A stretch of 64,000 nt of DNA, taken from a virus. Under the pieces are notes generated by a model. It saw only the letters and a program-made list of their open reading frames with translations. It made no database searches and was not told the DNA's origin. The DNA lies in IMG/VR virus record IMGVR_UViG_3300027985_000661, positions 1 through 64,000 of that record; one strand, 5' to 3'. Of this stretch, positions 38,003 to 49,500 are shown in pieces (within the stretch, counting starts at the first letter, position 1; every line of letters starts with the position of its first letter). A program made the position numbers and the translations under genes.

Positions 38003-41000
38003 TGGGATGGACACTGATACTTCTTTTGCTTTAAGAAGTGAAGGTACTTATCTATATGCTGAAAATTTAACTTTTACTAAGAGTGAAGATGGAGATATGG
38101 GAGCTATGCAGAATAGAGTAGGCAATTGGTCTCCTCCTTTTTCCGCAATGGCAACTGACTCTAATATAAAAGGTGCTTGTTATATAGATAATTGCGTAGT
38201 GTTATTTACAGTTAATAATAGTGGCAGTACGTCTAGGATATATAAATATGAAAATGGAGTTACGTATCTATTATATACAGATGCTTCTTCATCGGTTAAA
38301 TTAGGGTTTAGAAATGAAAGTGATTACCACATCTCTACTACAGGGGTAAAAGAATCTGAAGAACTCGTTAAAGTATATTGGGTAGATGGGGAGAACGGCC
38401 TTAGAGTTATAAATATAAAAGAAGATGTAACTGGGAAATCCGCTTCTTATTTTGATGCTGTAATGCCAATGTACGCCAGTTTAGATTACACACCTACTAT
38501 TCAAGCAGGGGCTGGTAGTTATAAAGCAGGGAAAGTATATCACGCTGTTCAGTTTTATAGATTGAATGGGGGATCTAGTACTATAATATCATTCCCAGAA
38601 GGTAATAACTTATCTAAATATATAGATAAAGATGGGGGTACGGATAAAGGAGAAAGCACAAACTGCGCTATTAAAATAGATATTTCTGGAATAAATAGTT
38701 CGTTGTTAGATTTGTATAATAGGTATAGAATCTATTCTATATTTTATGACACTTATAATACACCACAAGTTAGAGTAGTAATAGAAAATCCATTTGCTTC
38801 AACTTCTATAAGTACAGTTGACTACGGAGATTATATAGATGAAATAGGATTAGATGAGTTCATAACTAAAAACCAAACATCTTATTCGTCTACTAGTATA
38901 GAAAGCAAAGATAGCGTGTTATTTTTAGCTAATATAAGTGAAACTACTTTTGAAAGTGATATTATAGATGCCTGGGATTCTAGAGCTTATAGGTATAATC
39001 TTAGCGGGAGCGCTGCTATATATGATAGTGTAAATTTATCTAATTATATAGTATTAGGTAATGACTTAAAGATATCTCAAATATACGGTACTGTACCCGG
39101 GGCTTCTATAGGAGGTAATGTTCCTGAAGAATTTGATTGTTATAATAGATATAATCAAATATATACTTTTAGATTAAAGGATAGGAATACTAGTTATGGA
39201 TTTAAATATAATAAACTAGGAACAGCATTAGGCGGAAGCGGTTTAAATCTAAGTTATAGTTTTGTAACTAAGAGTGATACTATTGATGATCCGGGAAGTA
39301 TAGTAGATATAGGGGATACTAAAGATATAGTAAAGCATATACAGGAAGATAGGTATATAGAATGTGAAGATGGTGAAGTATATAGAATAGGTATAAAATT
39401 CTTTAATAAAAATGGACAATCCAGTCAAGTTAAATGGATAGGGGATGTACTTTGGGAAGAAGCTTATATAGATACCGGGAATCCCGATTCATTTCCAAAT
39501 GCCCCTGGATATGTAACAGGAAGTTATAGAGAATACGGGGACACTTTTAAAACAAACCCTTCTGTGGCCCCTCCTTATACAGATACATATGATGTGTTAA
39601 CTAATAAAAGTTATAGGATATTAAAAGTAACTATAGATAATTTACCAAATGATCCCAATATAAAAGGATGGCAAATAGTAAGGGCAGATAGGTCTGCTTC
39701 CACCTGTTCTGTAGTTGGTAATGGACTACTAGTAGCATCCGAGGTTAATGAAACTACTAAGACAAAATGGCCTTCCATTGCTACACAAAGTCCATCTACT
39801 AAACCTACATGTACTACTTTTAAATTTGTATCACCTGAACTTATGTTTAATGATCCTGAAAATTTATCTTTAAGTGGTTATAGAGTTAGGGTATATAATA
39901 GAGTATCTAGGGATGGGAGTTTACCTCTTAAATGGAATAGTATAAATATAATTCCTAATTCACCTTATTGGGCTACTACAGAGAAACTACCATATTTAGG
40001 AGGATTACCTGTAAGGTTCGGAGTTGGAGGTACTTATAATTATTTAGCATTAACTAATCTTTTTGATATTACTGATTCTGTATACTCTAAAATATCTCAC
40101 GCACAGGATAGTAAAGGTGATTCAAATGTAACTATAAATGGGTATACTTATAAAAATCAAGTTATGCCTAGTAGTGACAGGTCAGGAGGAGGATGTTCTT
40201 CTTTTATTATAGAACTAAATAGACAAATAGAAAGATTGGAAATTAACCCAATTAATGAAGATGGCGTTTATTATTATGGATCTATTATTAGAAATGCTGA
40301 TTTTTCTAGATATGGAGGATCTACTTATAATGAGATTTTAACTACGGAATATGTACCTTTTTCTAAAGTTGCACTAGAAACAACTACTAATGTAGAGTGT
40401 AAGTATGGAGATGTATATACACTAATGTATACTCATTACCTTAGTAATTATTACGATGACTCTGGCAATCCTACATTTTCACTAGAACATATTAGAACAT
40501 TCCCTGTACAAACAAAAATAGATTTGAGAAAAAGGCAAGATAGGATTTTAGATTACCATATACCTACTAGGCAGAAAGATGCAGGAGCTAAATATTTTAT
40601 ACAAGAAACTGTAGCAGAAGGAATAGAGTTTTATGGGGATAATTATCCTACCGAAATCGGAGACTTATATACATTTAATACAGCATATTTGTCACAGCCG
40701 AAACATGATGTTTCTTTTTCTACCCCTGCTGATTTTATAAATGTATCTGAGAATTCAGTTAAAATAATTAATTCTGAAAAGAAAATTAATGGGGAGCAGG
40801 AAGATAGCTGGTTACAATTTTTACCTACTAATTTTATAGAGGTAGATTCAAGGTATGGGGGTATTACAGAACTTAAAAGAGTAGATAATAAGTTATTTTT
40901 CTGGCAAGAAAATTCTACAGGGTTATTAGCGGTAAATGATAGGGCGATAATAACTGAAAGTAATGGAACTCCATTGTCATTAGGTACAGGAGGTGTACTA

Positions 41001-41813
41001 GAAAGATTTGATTACATCTCTACTACTATAGGTAATAAGTTAAAAAACAATATAGTAAATACAGAGAATGGAATATTTTGGTACAATGAGGGTAAGATAT
41101 ATCTATATGACAGTCAGATAAAAGAACTATCTACTACTAAAAGTGTAAATAAATATATTAAAGATATAGGGTATATTCCATCTGTAATGAATGCTGTAAG
41201 TTTAGAAGATAAGAAAGTATATTTTAAATTAGGAGCTGAGTTATTAGTGTACGACACCCTTCAAGGTGCTTTTACAGGAGTATATACTACAGATTCCGAT
41301 TGGAATAGTAGTTATGGCAATAAAGTACTAATGTATTTGAATAATAATACAGGTAGGTTATATGAAATGCCTCAGCAGAATGCGGAAAAAGGAAGTTTCT
41401 TTGGTACAGTTTATCCCTCCACAATAAAGTTACTATGTAATGGGAATAAATATCCAGTTACTAAAGTATTCGATTTACTAAGTTGGGAGTCCCAATCTAA
41501 AGATAGTAATGGCATTGTATACTATGACGATACTTTTAATAATATAAGAGTATATAATAGTTATCAGAATACAGATTGGCAACCCATAGAGTTCAAAAGA
41601 AAAGAGAGAACATTTAAATCTAAAATTCCTAGGGACAAAGTAATAATCAGCGAGATCTTCTCTGGGGATATATTTGATGCTGGTAATTTTGGGACACCTA
41701 AAAGAAGGATGAGAGATAAATATATTATACTAGATTTAGAATACGATAATGCGAGTAACAATACTTTTTCATTTCCGTATATAAATATAAACTATCGTAA
41801 TTCAATAAGATAA
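37974..41813 (+). CDS. Tail muzzle/stabilisation protein
   Basis: 1279 aa; F..GMDTD start, EVYRIGI.F, EQEDSWLQF...VDSRYG.I, RMRDKY. Position before the cargo genes. Confidence 0.8.
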   Translation: MEQVTHIFSNGMDTDTSFALRSEGTYLYAENLTFTKSEDGDMGAMQNRVGNWSPPFSAMATDSNIKGACYIDNCVVLFTVNNSGSTSRIYKYENGVTYLLYTDASSSVKLGFRNESDYHISTTGVKESEELVKVYWVDGENGLRVINIKEDVTGKSASYFDAVMPMYASLDYTPTIQAGAGSYKAGKVYHAVQFYRLNGGSSTIISFPEGNNLSKYIDKDGGTDKGESTNCAIKIDISGINSSLLDLYNRYRIYSIFYDTYNTPQVRVVIENPFASTSISTVDYGDYIDEIGLDEFITKNQTSYSSTSIESKDSVLFLANISETTFESDIIDAWDSRAYRYNLSGSAAIYDSVNLSNYIVLGNDLKISQIYGTVPGASIGGNVPEEFDCYNRYNQIYTFRLKDRNTSYGFKYNKLGTALGGSGLNLSYSFVTKSDTIDDPGSIVDIGDTKDIVKHIQEDRYIECEDGEVYRIGIKFFNKNGQSSQVKWIGDVLWEEAYIDTGNPDSFPNAPGYVTGSYREYGDTFKTNPSVAPPYTDTYDVLTNKSYRILKVTIDNLPNDPNIKGWQIVRADRSASTCSVVGNGLLVASEVNETTKTKWPSIATQSPSTKPTCTTFKFVSPELMFNDPENLSLSGYRVRVYNRVSRDGSLPLKWNSINIIPNSPYWATTEKLPYLGGLPVRFGVGGTYNYLALTNLFDITDSVYSKISHAQDSKGDSNVTINGYTYKNQVMPSSDRSGGGCSSFIIELNRQIERLEINPINEDGVYYYGSIIRNADFSRYGGSTYNEILTTEYVPFSKVALETTTNVECKYGDVYTLMYTHYLSNYYDDSGNPTFSLEHIRTFPVQTKIDLRKRQDRILDYHIPTRQKDAGAKYFIQETVAEGIEFYGDNYPTEIGDLYTFNTAYLSQPKHDVSFSTPADFINVSENSVKIINSEKKINGEQEDSWLQFLPTNFIEVDSRYGGITELKRVDNKLFFWQENSTGLLAVNDRAIITESNGTPLSLGTGGVLERFDYISTTIGNKLKNNIVNTENGIFWYNEGKIYLYDSQIKELSTTKSVNKYIKDIGYIPSVMNAVSLEDKKVYFKLGAELLVYDTLQGAFTGVYTTDSDWNSSYGNKVLMYLNNNTGRLYEMPQQNAEKGSFFGTVYPSTIKLLCNGNKYPVTKVFDLLSWESQSKDSNGIVYYDDTFNNIRVYNSYQNTDWQPIEFKRKERTFKSKIPRDKVIISEIFSGDIFDAGNFGTPKRRMRDKYIILDLEYDNASNNTFSFPYININYRNSIR

Positions 41814-44449
41814 TGGCTAAATCAAAAATAATTAAACCTTTTAAAAAACAACAACTTAAAAATGCTAGAGCCAAGCAAGAACAGTTGCCTGAATATGGTC
41901 TTGGCGGAGATGTCTTCGCCGGGGCTGCTTCTGGCGCTGCGGCAGGCTCTGCGTTAGGTCCCTGGGGAGCAGCAGGAGGGGCAATAATAGGAGGGGCAGT
42001 TGCTTATTTTGGAAGTAAGAAAAAACAAGGGGCGGAAGATGCCGCAAAAATAGCCGCTAAGAAAGCGGAAGAATTTGAACAAGGTAGGCAAACTGCTTTA
42101 GCTAATTATACACCTTCACAAAGTTATAACCCTGTTAATTTTAAAATAGGCGGTATAGTAAAGGCGGGCAATGGACTTAAAGTATCTGACAAGGCCAAGA
42201 AACAAGCTGATTTTAATTACTATATACAAGATGTATATAATCGTCTAACTCCTGAGCAGAAAGTTGAAATTAGTTCTTTACAAGATATTGTAGATATAGG
42301 AACTAGATTAGGCAAAGCTGGAGAGTTAATGGAAGAAAGTCCTTCTTTATATACTCCTGTACAGGAAGCCGATTCCTCAGCTGTGAGATCCAGGACAGAG
42401 TTAGAAGGCGAGTATAAAATACCTACAGAAGGAAGATCTAAAGAATCCGATGCATTTGGAGCCAGATCTTTTTCTTATATAAACCCTGCTGTAGTTAAGA
42501 GGTATGATACCAAAGGTAACCTTAAAGAAAGCTACAAAGTAGTAAAAGACCCCAATACTAAAGAGGGGTATAGAAAAGCTACAGAAGGGGAGCCCCTTAT
42601 CAAATTTGAAGATGGGGGTGTATTTAGTATGTATACTAATAAGGCCAAAAAAGTAGCAAGGAATGTAATACAACAAGTAGTTCCGCCTAGGGGGTATTCA
42701 AATAAATTAGAAGATGTAGTAGATGTTGGAAAGGTCTCGATAGGAAATTTATTATCAGGAGAGCCTCGTAAAAGCGAAGGGGACTTAAGAGAGGATATGT
42801 GGAAGTACGCTTTAGGAACAAGTGATTCATTAGAGCACTTTGAAACTTCTCCCTACTCTCCAGCTTCTTCTAAAGACCCTAATGCAGTATATCATAGGGC
42901 TAAAAATATAGATAGGCAAGCTTTTCTTAATAATGCAAAAGAATATTTAGGTAGTAATGAAAGTATAGTAACTAAACAAGGACTTCCACTAAGTGTAGTA
43001 AATGAAGGGTTTAGAGACGTATATTCAGATGAAAATCCTGATGATGAAAAATTGAAATTTTCAGACGCTATGGGAAGATATACTATAGGTAGAGGGTCTG
43101 ATGACAAAGGTAATTATATATCTTACTATGATAAATGGGATTTAGCAAATCCAATAGCAAATAAGGTACTTAAAAGACAACCTGAAATTTATGATAGGGT
43201 GTACTATGAAGAAGATGATTTAGGTAATTATAACCTAATAGATGAATTTAAATGTGGAGGTAAAGTGAAAAAACCTAGAATAATGAGAAATGGAGGGGCA
43301 CAAATAGATACTGTTAATCCAAATGTAGAGGTAGAAGGAGGTGAGACTCTTTTAACTCCACAAGGTGATAATATAGCAGTAGAAGGCCCTAGCCATGAGC
43401 AGGGCGGTATCCCTATGAATTTGGAAGGGGGCACACAAGTGTTTAGTGATAGTTTAAAAGTACCTGGTACTAAAAAAACATTCTCAGATATTAATAAAAA
43501 ATTAATTAAAAAGATAGATCAGTATACTAAAGATTTAGAGTCCTCTAATTCTACTGGAATTACTAGAAAGACGGCTGAGAGAATGCTTTCTAAATTAAAA
43601 GGTGAACAACAAGATTTATTTGTAACCCAGGAAAGATTAAAGATTCCTACAAAAGGAATGCGTAAGAATGACGTAGCAAAAGCAGAGAACGGCTTATTAG
43701 TAAATAGAGTTCCTACATATAGTCAATTGCAAATGCCTAGCATACAAGCTGGGTTGGCTGATACATCGGCTACTCTAGCTACCCCTCAAGGAGGCTTCCC
43801 AGCATCCCCTGCTTTAGGCGGAGGAGGCAAAGGTCTTAATATGGGTAATGGTATATCTGCCGCAGCTACATTAGCGCCAGCTTTATATAATATCGGTCAA
43901 GGTTTATTTGGAGATGTAGAAATAGAAGAGCCTGTTAGATATGATAATTTTGCAGGGCAGGCTGCTGCTGCTAGATTAAGAGGTTTAAAAACAGATGTAT
44001 CTCCTCAATTAGAAGAAGCTAAACAAAGTTACAGAGTAGGGAGGCACAACCTATCTAAGGCAGCTAGGTCTAGAGGAGAATTGTTAAGCGGCCTAGGAGG
44101 ACTATCTGCTATGGAGGCTCAGACTAGAGCAGGTATACTGTCAAATGCTCAGAATTTAGATAATCAATACACTGTACAAGAAGCGCAGCTATCCTCTAAT
44201 TTGGGAGCACAACAAGCACAAATGGATTTCCAAGCGCGACAGGCTGCTAATTTAGCTAACCAGCAGGCGCGTACAGCGCAGAGTAATATGTTACGTACAG
44301 GACTTTCGCAAACTAGTCAAATAGTACAGAATAATCAATTAATGAGGAATCAACAACAGCGGGATGCCATGAGAATGGAATCTTTACAATCCCTACTTCC
44401 TAATTTCACGGTTGATCCTAGAACAGGAAAGATAATTTATAAAGGATAA
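41813..44449 (+). CDS. Ejected cargo protein with Gly/Ala-rich TM segment
   Basis: GAASGAAAGSALGPWGAAGGAIIGG, VEVEGGE...GPSHEQGGI and a Gln-rich C-terminus. First gene after the muzzle. Confidence 0.7.
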   Translation: MAKSKIIKPFKKQQLKNARAKQEQLPEYGLGGDVFAGAASGAAAGSALGPWGAAGGAIIGGAVAYFGSKKKQGAEDAAKIAAKKAEEFEQGRQTALANYTPSQSYNPVNFKIGGIVKAGNGLKVSDKAKKQADFNYYIQDVYNRLTPEQKVEISSLQDIVDIGTRLGKAGELMEESPSLYTPVQEADSSAVRSRTELEGEYKIPTEGRSKESDAFGARSFSYINPAVVKRYDTKGNLKESYKVVKDPNTKEGYRKATEGEPLIKFEDGGVFSMYTNKAKKVARNVIQQVVPPRGYSNKLEDVVDVGKVSIGNLLSGEPRKSEGDLREDMWKYALGTSDSLEHFETSPYSPASSKDPNAVYHRAKNIDRQAFLNNAKEYLGSNESIVTKQGLPLSVVNEGFRDVYSDENPDDEKLKFSDAMGRYTIGRGSDDKGNYISYYDKWDLANPIANKVLKRQPEIYDRVYYEEDDLGNYNLIDEFKCGGKVKKPRIMRNGGAQIDTVNPNVEVEGGETLLTPQGDNIAVEGPSHEQGGIPMNLEGGTQVFSDSLKVPGTKKTFSDINKKLIKKIDQYTKDLESSNSTGITRKTAERMLSKLKGEQQDLFVTQERLKIPTKGMRKNDVAKAENGLLVNRVPTYSQLQMPSIQAGLADTSATLATPQGGFPASPALGGGGKGLNMGNGISAAATLAPALYNIGQGLFGDVEIEEPVRYDNFAGQAAAARLRGLKTDVSPQLEEAKQSYRVGRHNLSKAARSRGELLSGLGGLSAMEAQTRAGILSNAQNLDNQYTVQEAQLSSNLGAQQAQMDFQARQAANLANQQARTAQSNMLRTGLSQTSQIVQNNQLMRNQQQRDAMRMESLQSLLPNFTVDPRTGKIIYKG

Positions 44450-44453
44450 TACA

Positions 44454-46523
44454 ATGGCAATTTCACGTTTCGATAGCCCTGCTGAAGCTCCAGTTATGAA
44501 CACTTATGTTCCTATTCCTTTTCAGGAATTGCAACAGGCGGCTTTAACAAGGCAACAAAGATTTGAAGAAGGTCTGGCAGCAGAAGAAGCCGTTGAGACC
44601 GAATTAGGCACTTTCTCAGGATTAGGGTCAGTATATTTACCACATAAGGGTAAAAGTGTAGCAGTAGGAGATAGAGATAGGGTATTAGAAAGGGTATCGC
44701 AATATAATAATCAGATAGACCAGTTAACTTCTAAATACCCTGATAAGTCTTCACCTGAATTTAGAACTGCTATTAGAAGTATAATAAGAAATATGCGAGC
44801 TGATAAGGCACCTACTGGATTATTTGGTAGGGCTGAGGCTACGACAGCAGCTTATAGAGACATACAAAAAAGGTTATCAGAAAATGAAGATTTGGCTACA
44901 AGTCCACATTTAGGGCAAGATATATACGCCGGCCTAGAGGATTTTGCAAATAAGTCTTTAAAAGAACAAGTAGATTTAGATATACCAGCATCTATAGGCA
45001 AACCTATGGATGTAGTCGGAGAGTTATCTGATCAGATTAAGAATATGAAAACCATGATAGGCGAGAACGCCTTTACTGAGGACGGTTATATAAAATCTGA
45101 GTATTTGGAAACACTTACTCCTGAAAGAATACAACAGGCCGCTATGGGAGTTATAAATTCTAGACCTGATTTACAAAGATATGTGGCTAGGGAAAGTCAG
45201 TATTACGGCAGAGATCCTCAAGAGGCTATCCAAGGATTAGCCAATACAATGGTTGATTTATTCCAAAAACAAGCGTACAAGAAAGATTTAAAAGGAGACC
45301 CTACTAACAAGGCTAATAAAAATAGATTATTATCTGGTATAGGAGAAGAGATAGCAGTAGCCGTTCCTGGGCAAGTGTATACTCCTAGGAAAGTAGAGGA
45401 TAATATAAAGGATCTTGGCAAATCCATACAGGATAAGGAAACTGAGATATCCCAGTTCAAACTGGATATGAATATACCACAAGGCTCTACTATAGGGGTA
45501 GATGAGTATGGTAATAAGAAAGACTTTGCATCTACCTTAGCTATTAAAAACAACGAGAAACAAAACATGCTGGATGAGAAGGCTAGGTTTGAAAAATTTA
45601 ATAGTTTAGCTAGGGAGCAGAGTGGCTGGACAGATGAATACTTATATACTAAATTAGAGGATCCTAAAGTTCAAGAAGAAGCTATTAAAGCAGCAGAAAA
45701 TGAATTTTACGCTTCCCTTAGATCTTTTAATCCTCATACAGGGGGTATAGATACTAAAAAGTATGAGTCCAAAGAACAAGAGAATGCAGAAAAAGAAGAC
45801 TATATAAATAATAATTGGCAACGTGTAGCTACTAATAAATTAAAGCAAGACGACACTAATTATAAAAAATATGAACAAGTACTACAAGGATTTGGAAATA
45901 CTTCTGCTGAAACTGCGGTTGTGTATCCTTTAACAAAGGAGTTAGTAGGTTCGGAAAATGTAGATTTTATAGAAGGTCTTGTTAATAAATATGGAACTTC
46001 TTTTGATATAGCAACTAAAGAAATAGTAAATACTAATACCGGATTGCCTATAGAAGATGAAGGGGAATGGAAAAAAATGAATTTTGAAAAAGCCAAATTC
46101 TTTGGGTACTTATTTGGACCAAGTGGGGAATTGAAACTGAATTATATAGTCCCTTCTAAAGATACAAATGGTGAGAATACTTCTATTGTAAGAAACGCCC
46201 CTAAAGGGTTAGAAAAAGCAGTATTAGAAGGCAATCAAGATTTCCTATTACAGAAAATAATAAAGGATCAAATATCTTATAATTTTAAAGATATAAGTGA
46301 AGATATGCAGCAAGATACTGTATATTTAGGTCTTGCAGGTCTTAAGAAAGAAATACCTGTTATAGGTCCAAACTTTAATAAAAGAAAAGGCAAATGGACA
46401 GCCGCTTATAAAATAGAAGGCGAAGAGGTGCCTTTAGAAATAGAAGCTGACAATAAAGAGGAATTAGTATCCAAGTTAGCTTTCGCTTATGAAATGGAAG
46501 CAAATAGTAAATATAATAAATAA
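44454..46523 (+). CDS. Putative ejected cargo protein
   Basis: MAISRFD...TYVPIPF N-terminus; lies between cargo 1 and the RNAP. Confidence 0.65.
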   Translation: MAISRFDSPAEAPVMNTYVPIPFQELQQAALTRQQRFEEGLAAEEAVETELGTFSGLGSVYLPHKGKSVAVGDRDRVLERVSQYNNQIDQLTSKYPDKSSPEFRTAIRSIIRNMRADKAPTGLFGRAEATTAAYRDIQKRLSENEDLATSPHLGQDIYAGLEDFANKSLKEQVDLDIPASIGKPMDVVGELSDQIKNMKTMIGENAFTEDGYIKSEYLETLTPERIQQAAMGVINSRPDLQRYVARESQYYGRDPQEAIQGLANTMVDLFQKQAYKKDLKGDPTNKANKNRLLSGIGEEIAVAVPGQVYTPRKVEDNIKDLGKSIQDKETEISQFKLDMNIPQGSTIGVDEYGNKKDFASTLAIKNNEKQNMLDEKARFEKFNSLAREQSGWTDEYLYTKLEDPKVQEEAIKAAENEFYASLRSFNPHTGGIDTKKYESKEQENAEKEDYINNNWQRVATNKLKQDDTNYKKYEQVLQGFGNTSAETAVVYPLTKELVGSENVDFIEGLVNKYGTSFDIATKEIVNTNTGLPIEDEGEWKKMNFEKAKFFGYLFGPSGELKLNYIVPSKDTNGENTSIVRNAPKGLEKAVLEGNQDFLLQKIIKDQISYNFKDISEDMQQDTVYLGLAGLKKEIPVIGPNFNKRKGKWTAAYKIEGEEVPLEIEADNKEELVSKLAFAYEMEANSKYNK

Positions 46524-46527
46524 CAAC

Positions 46528-49500
46528 ATGAGTAATAAACTTACTAACGAAAAATTACAGGTTTTATTAAATTCTAAAGTAGATCCGACGACGGGTTTAC
46601 AACAACCTGAGCGTAGTAGTAATCTTACAAATGAAGACTTAGCACGGGGGTTGAAGTACGCTTCACCCTCTTCTTTTTTAGGTGGTAAGGATTTGCAGCA
46701 AGACCCTACTAAATTTAATTTCGCTCTGAGGACAGATGCGGATAACCAAGAATTAAGGGCTCAAAACCAATCTTTTACACAACGTACTATGCATGGAGCT
46801 GGTAGGTTGATAGGAACTACTGTAACTAAGGCATTGTCAGGTCTAGGTTATGTAGGGTCTGGTATAGGAGCTTTAGCAAAAGGCGATATCAATGTCATGT
46901 TAGACAATGGGTGGTCTGCTGCTTTTAATGAGTTAGAAGAAGACATTAAAGAAGCACTTCCTATACACCATACTAGAAAATACTTAGAAGGAAATGTATG
47001 GGAGCAAATGGGTACATGGGGATTTTGGATGGACGATGTAGTAGACGGAGCAGCGTTTATGCTATCCTCTGCTATAGGAGCAAAGGGTCTAGACAAATTA
47101 GGTACCGCTACTAAAGTATACGGTAACCTTGCAAAAGCAGTATCTAAAGGACTTAGAGCTACTAAATTAGGTAAGGATATAGGTAAAACAAGTATCAGGT
47201 TAAAGAAAATAGCAGATGCGATGGATTTCGCTACTGTTACTGCTTATAATACTACAACAGAAGCTGCATTTGAAGCTAAGGATACTAAAGACCAAGTATT
47301 AAGATCTTTACAATCTAAAGTAGATAGGGGAGAAATATCTAAAGAAGAGGCTGATAAAATAGCTACAGGTGCTGCTAGAAATACATTTTGGTGGAACGCT
47401 GCTGCTATAGGACCGTCTAATGCTCTAGCTTTAGGCCAGATATTTAAAAAGTATGACTTTCTTAAGTTAGGTGCTAAAGGTACAGGACCTTTAAGTAAAA
47501 CACAAGTAGCTAGTATATTTGGCAAGAATGCTTTACTATCTGCTGCTTCTGAAGGGTTGTATGAAGAAAACATACAAAATGCTATTCAGTCTTATAATAC
47601 AGATGTTAATACTGGATTTGGACAGAATGGGGATTGGAAAGATCATTTAACAGGAGTATTAAGCAATGCTGCTAAAAACTTCACTACAGATGAAGGTCAA
47701 AAAGCAATGGCCTTAGGTGCTATTATAGGTCTAATACCAGGAGGTGTAGGTGGAGTAAGAAATGCCCAAGAATCTAATAAAAGAAATTCTATTTTAGCCA
47801 CTTCTAGAGGAGTACAGCTTAATTTACTTAAGCAAGGAATAGCTGATTTATACGAACGAGATAATGCAGGTAATGTTGTTCTAGATGAAAATAACAAAGC
47901 TAAACTAAACCTAGACAAAGTACAATCTGACTTTGCTAAATTGTACCAAGAACAGGCAGATCTAACCGCTATGTTAAAGGCCTCCAATTCTGGAAATGAA
48001 TTGATGGTAGATTTTCTAAAAGAACGCCAGGTACAAAGTGTGGCTAAACTACAAGCTGCTTCTAATTTAAATATTAATTCTTTTGAAGATTTCATAGATA
48101 CCTATGCTCAAAAAGAAATAGAAGAAGTAGGGGAAGAAAGTAGGGATGGAATAGAAGGCCAAGCTAAAGGCTATAAAGAAAGGGCTAAAGAATACTTCAA
48201 AATATATGATAGTATAACTAATAATTATGGTGGGTTATTTAATTTTGGAAATTCTAAAGAAGCTGTTGCTTTTAAAGAAAGCGTAATAGATTCACAATTT
48301 AATGAGGCCGCTACTCAATATTTTTGGGAAACTAAAAAGAAAGAGTTAGAGGAGTCTTTAAAAGTAGCAGAGGATTCTGCTAATGTATTGGATTTAGATA
48401 ATAAACTAAACGCATTAAAAAGGGAAAAAGGAGTAGAAGTAACTGAAGAAGAAGCTAAACTTCGCATAGCTCCAGAAGCGGCTAAACGTATAGAGTCTAC
48501 TAAGAAACGCATTAAAGAGATTGATAATATTCTATTAGAGTCCTATGAGAATATGAAAGATCTTCTTAATGAAGGTAAGCAAAAAGAAAGATTCGAAGAA
48601 GAAAAAAGACTTATCGAAAATTTCAAACAAGTTGTAGATGATGCAGTTCAGCAACAAAAAACTAATACTAGGAGCGAAGCAGATAAAACATCAACTAAAG
48701 ATAGAAGTGGTAAAGAAGTTAATCTTTCTAAGTTCTCCTACGAAGATGCTTTTAGACAAGGGTATGAAATAGACCAGCCTGCTACTGATATTAATAACAA
48801 ACTTAATAATATCACTCCTGGCGCTATTACAGCGTATTCTATTAAAAATGATGAAGCTAACCATAAACAAACTGTATTTACAAATGGAGATCCTAGTAAT
48901 GATGTATTAGGGGTATCGGATGTATTCTCTAGAAAGTTACAAAATATAAATACAGGCGAGGAAGTAGATGCTAATATAAGATTTAAAAATAATCAATTAG
49001 TAAATATAACTTATAAAGACACCAATAAAGGAGAGGAAGTTTCTTTTACTTTACCTACTAAAGAAGATGGTACTAAATATACACTAGATGACTTCAATGA
49101 AGTATTAGACTTAATCCCTGCTATATCTGCGTTTGAGGTTAAAGAAATAGAAGGTGAATATACATATTTAGGTAGAAAAAAAGTATCTGATTTTGATGCA
49201 TTGGCTAGTCAAACAAGACTAGAAATGAAAAGAGGTAATAGAGAAGTGCAACGTAGTATTTCAGACAAGGTCTCACAGATTAAAAGAGATATTGAAAATG
49301 GAATATCTAAAGGTTATGCTGACAGTAGGTACGGTAATACAACTTTTAAAGAACTGTTTAAAGATGCCGCTATACAGCATTACCCCGCTATTCATGCAGG
49401 TAAAGTAGGTATCCTTTCTTTGGAAGGAGGTAGTGTTATCTTTAAAGAAACTACTTTAGTACAAGATGACCTTAAGTTAGTTAAAAATATATCCGCTGTA

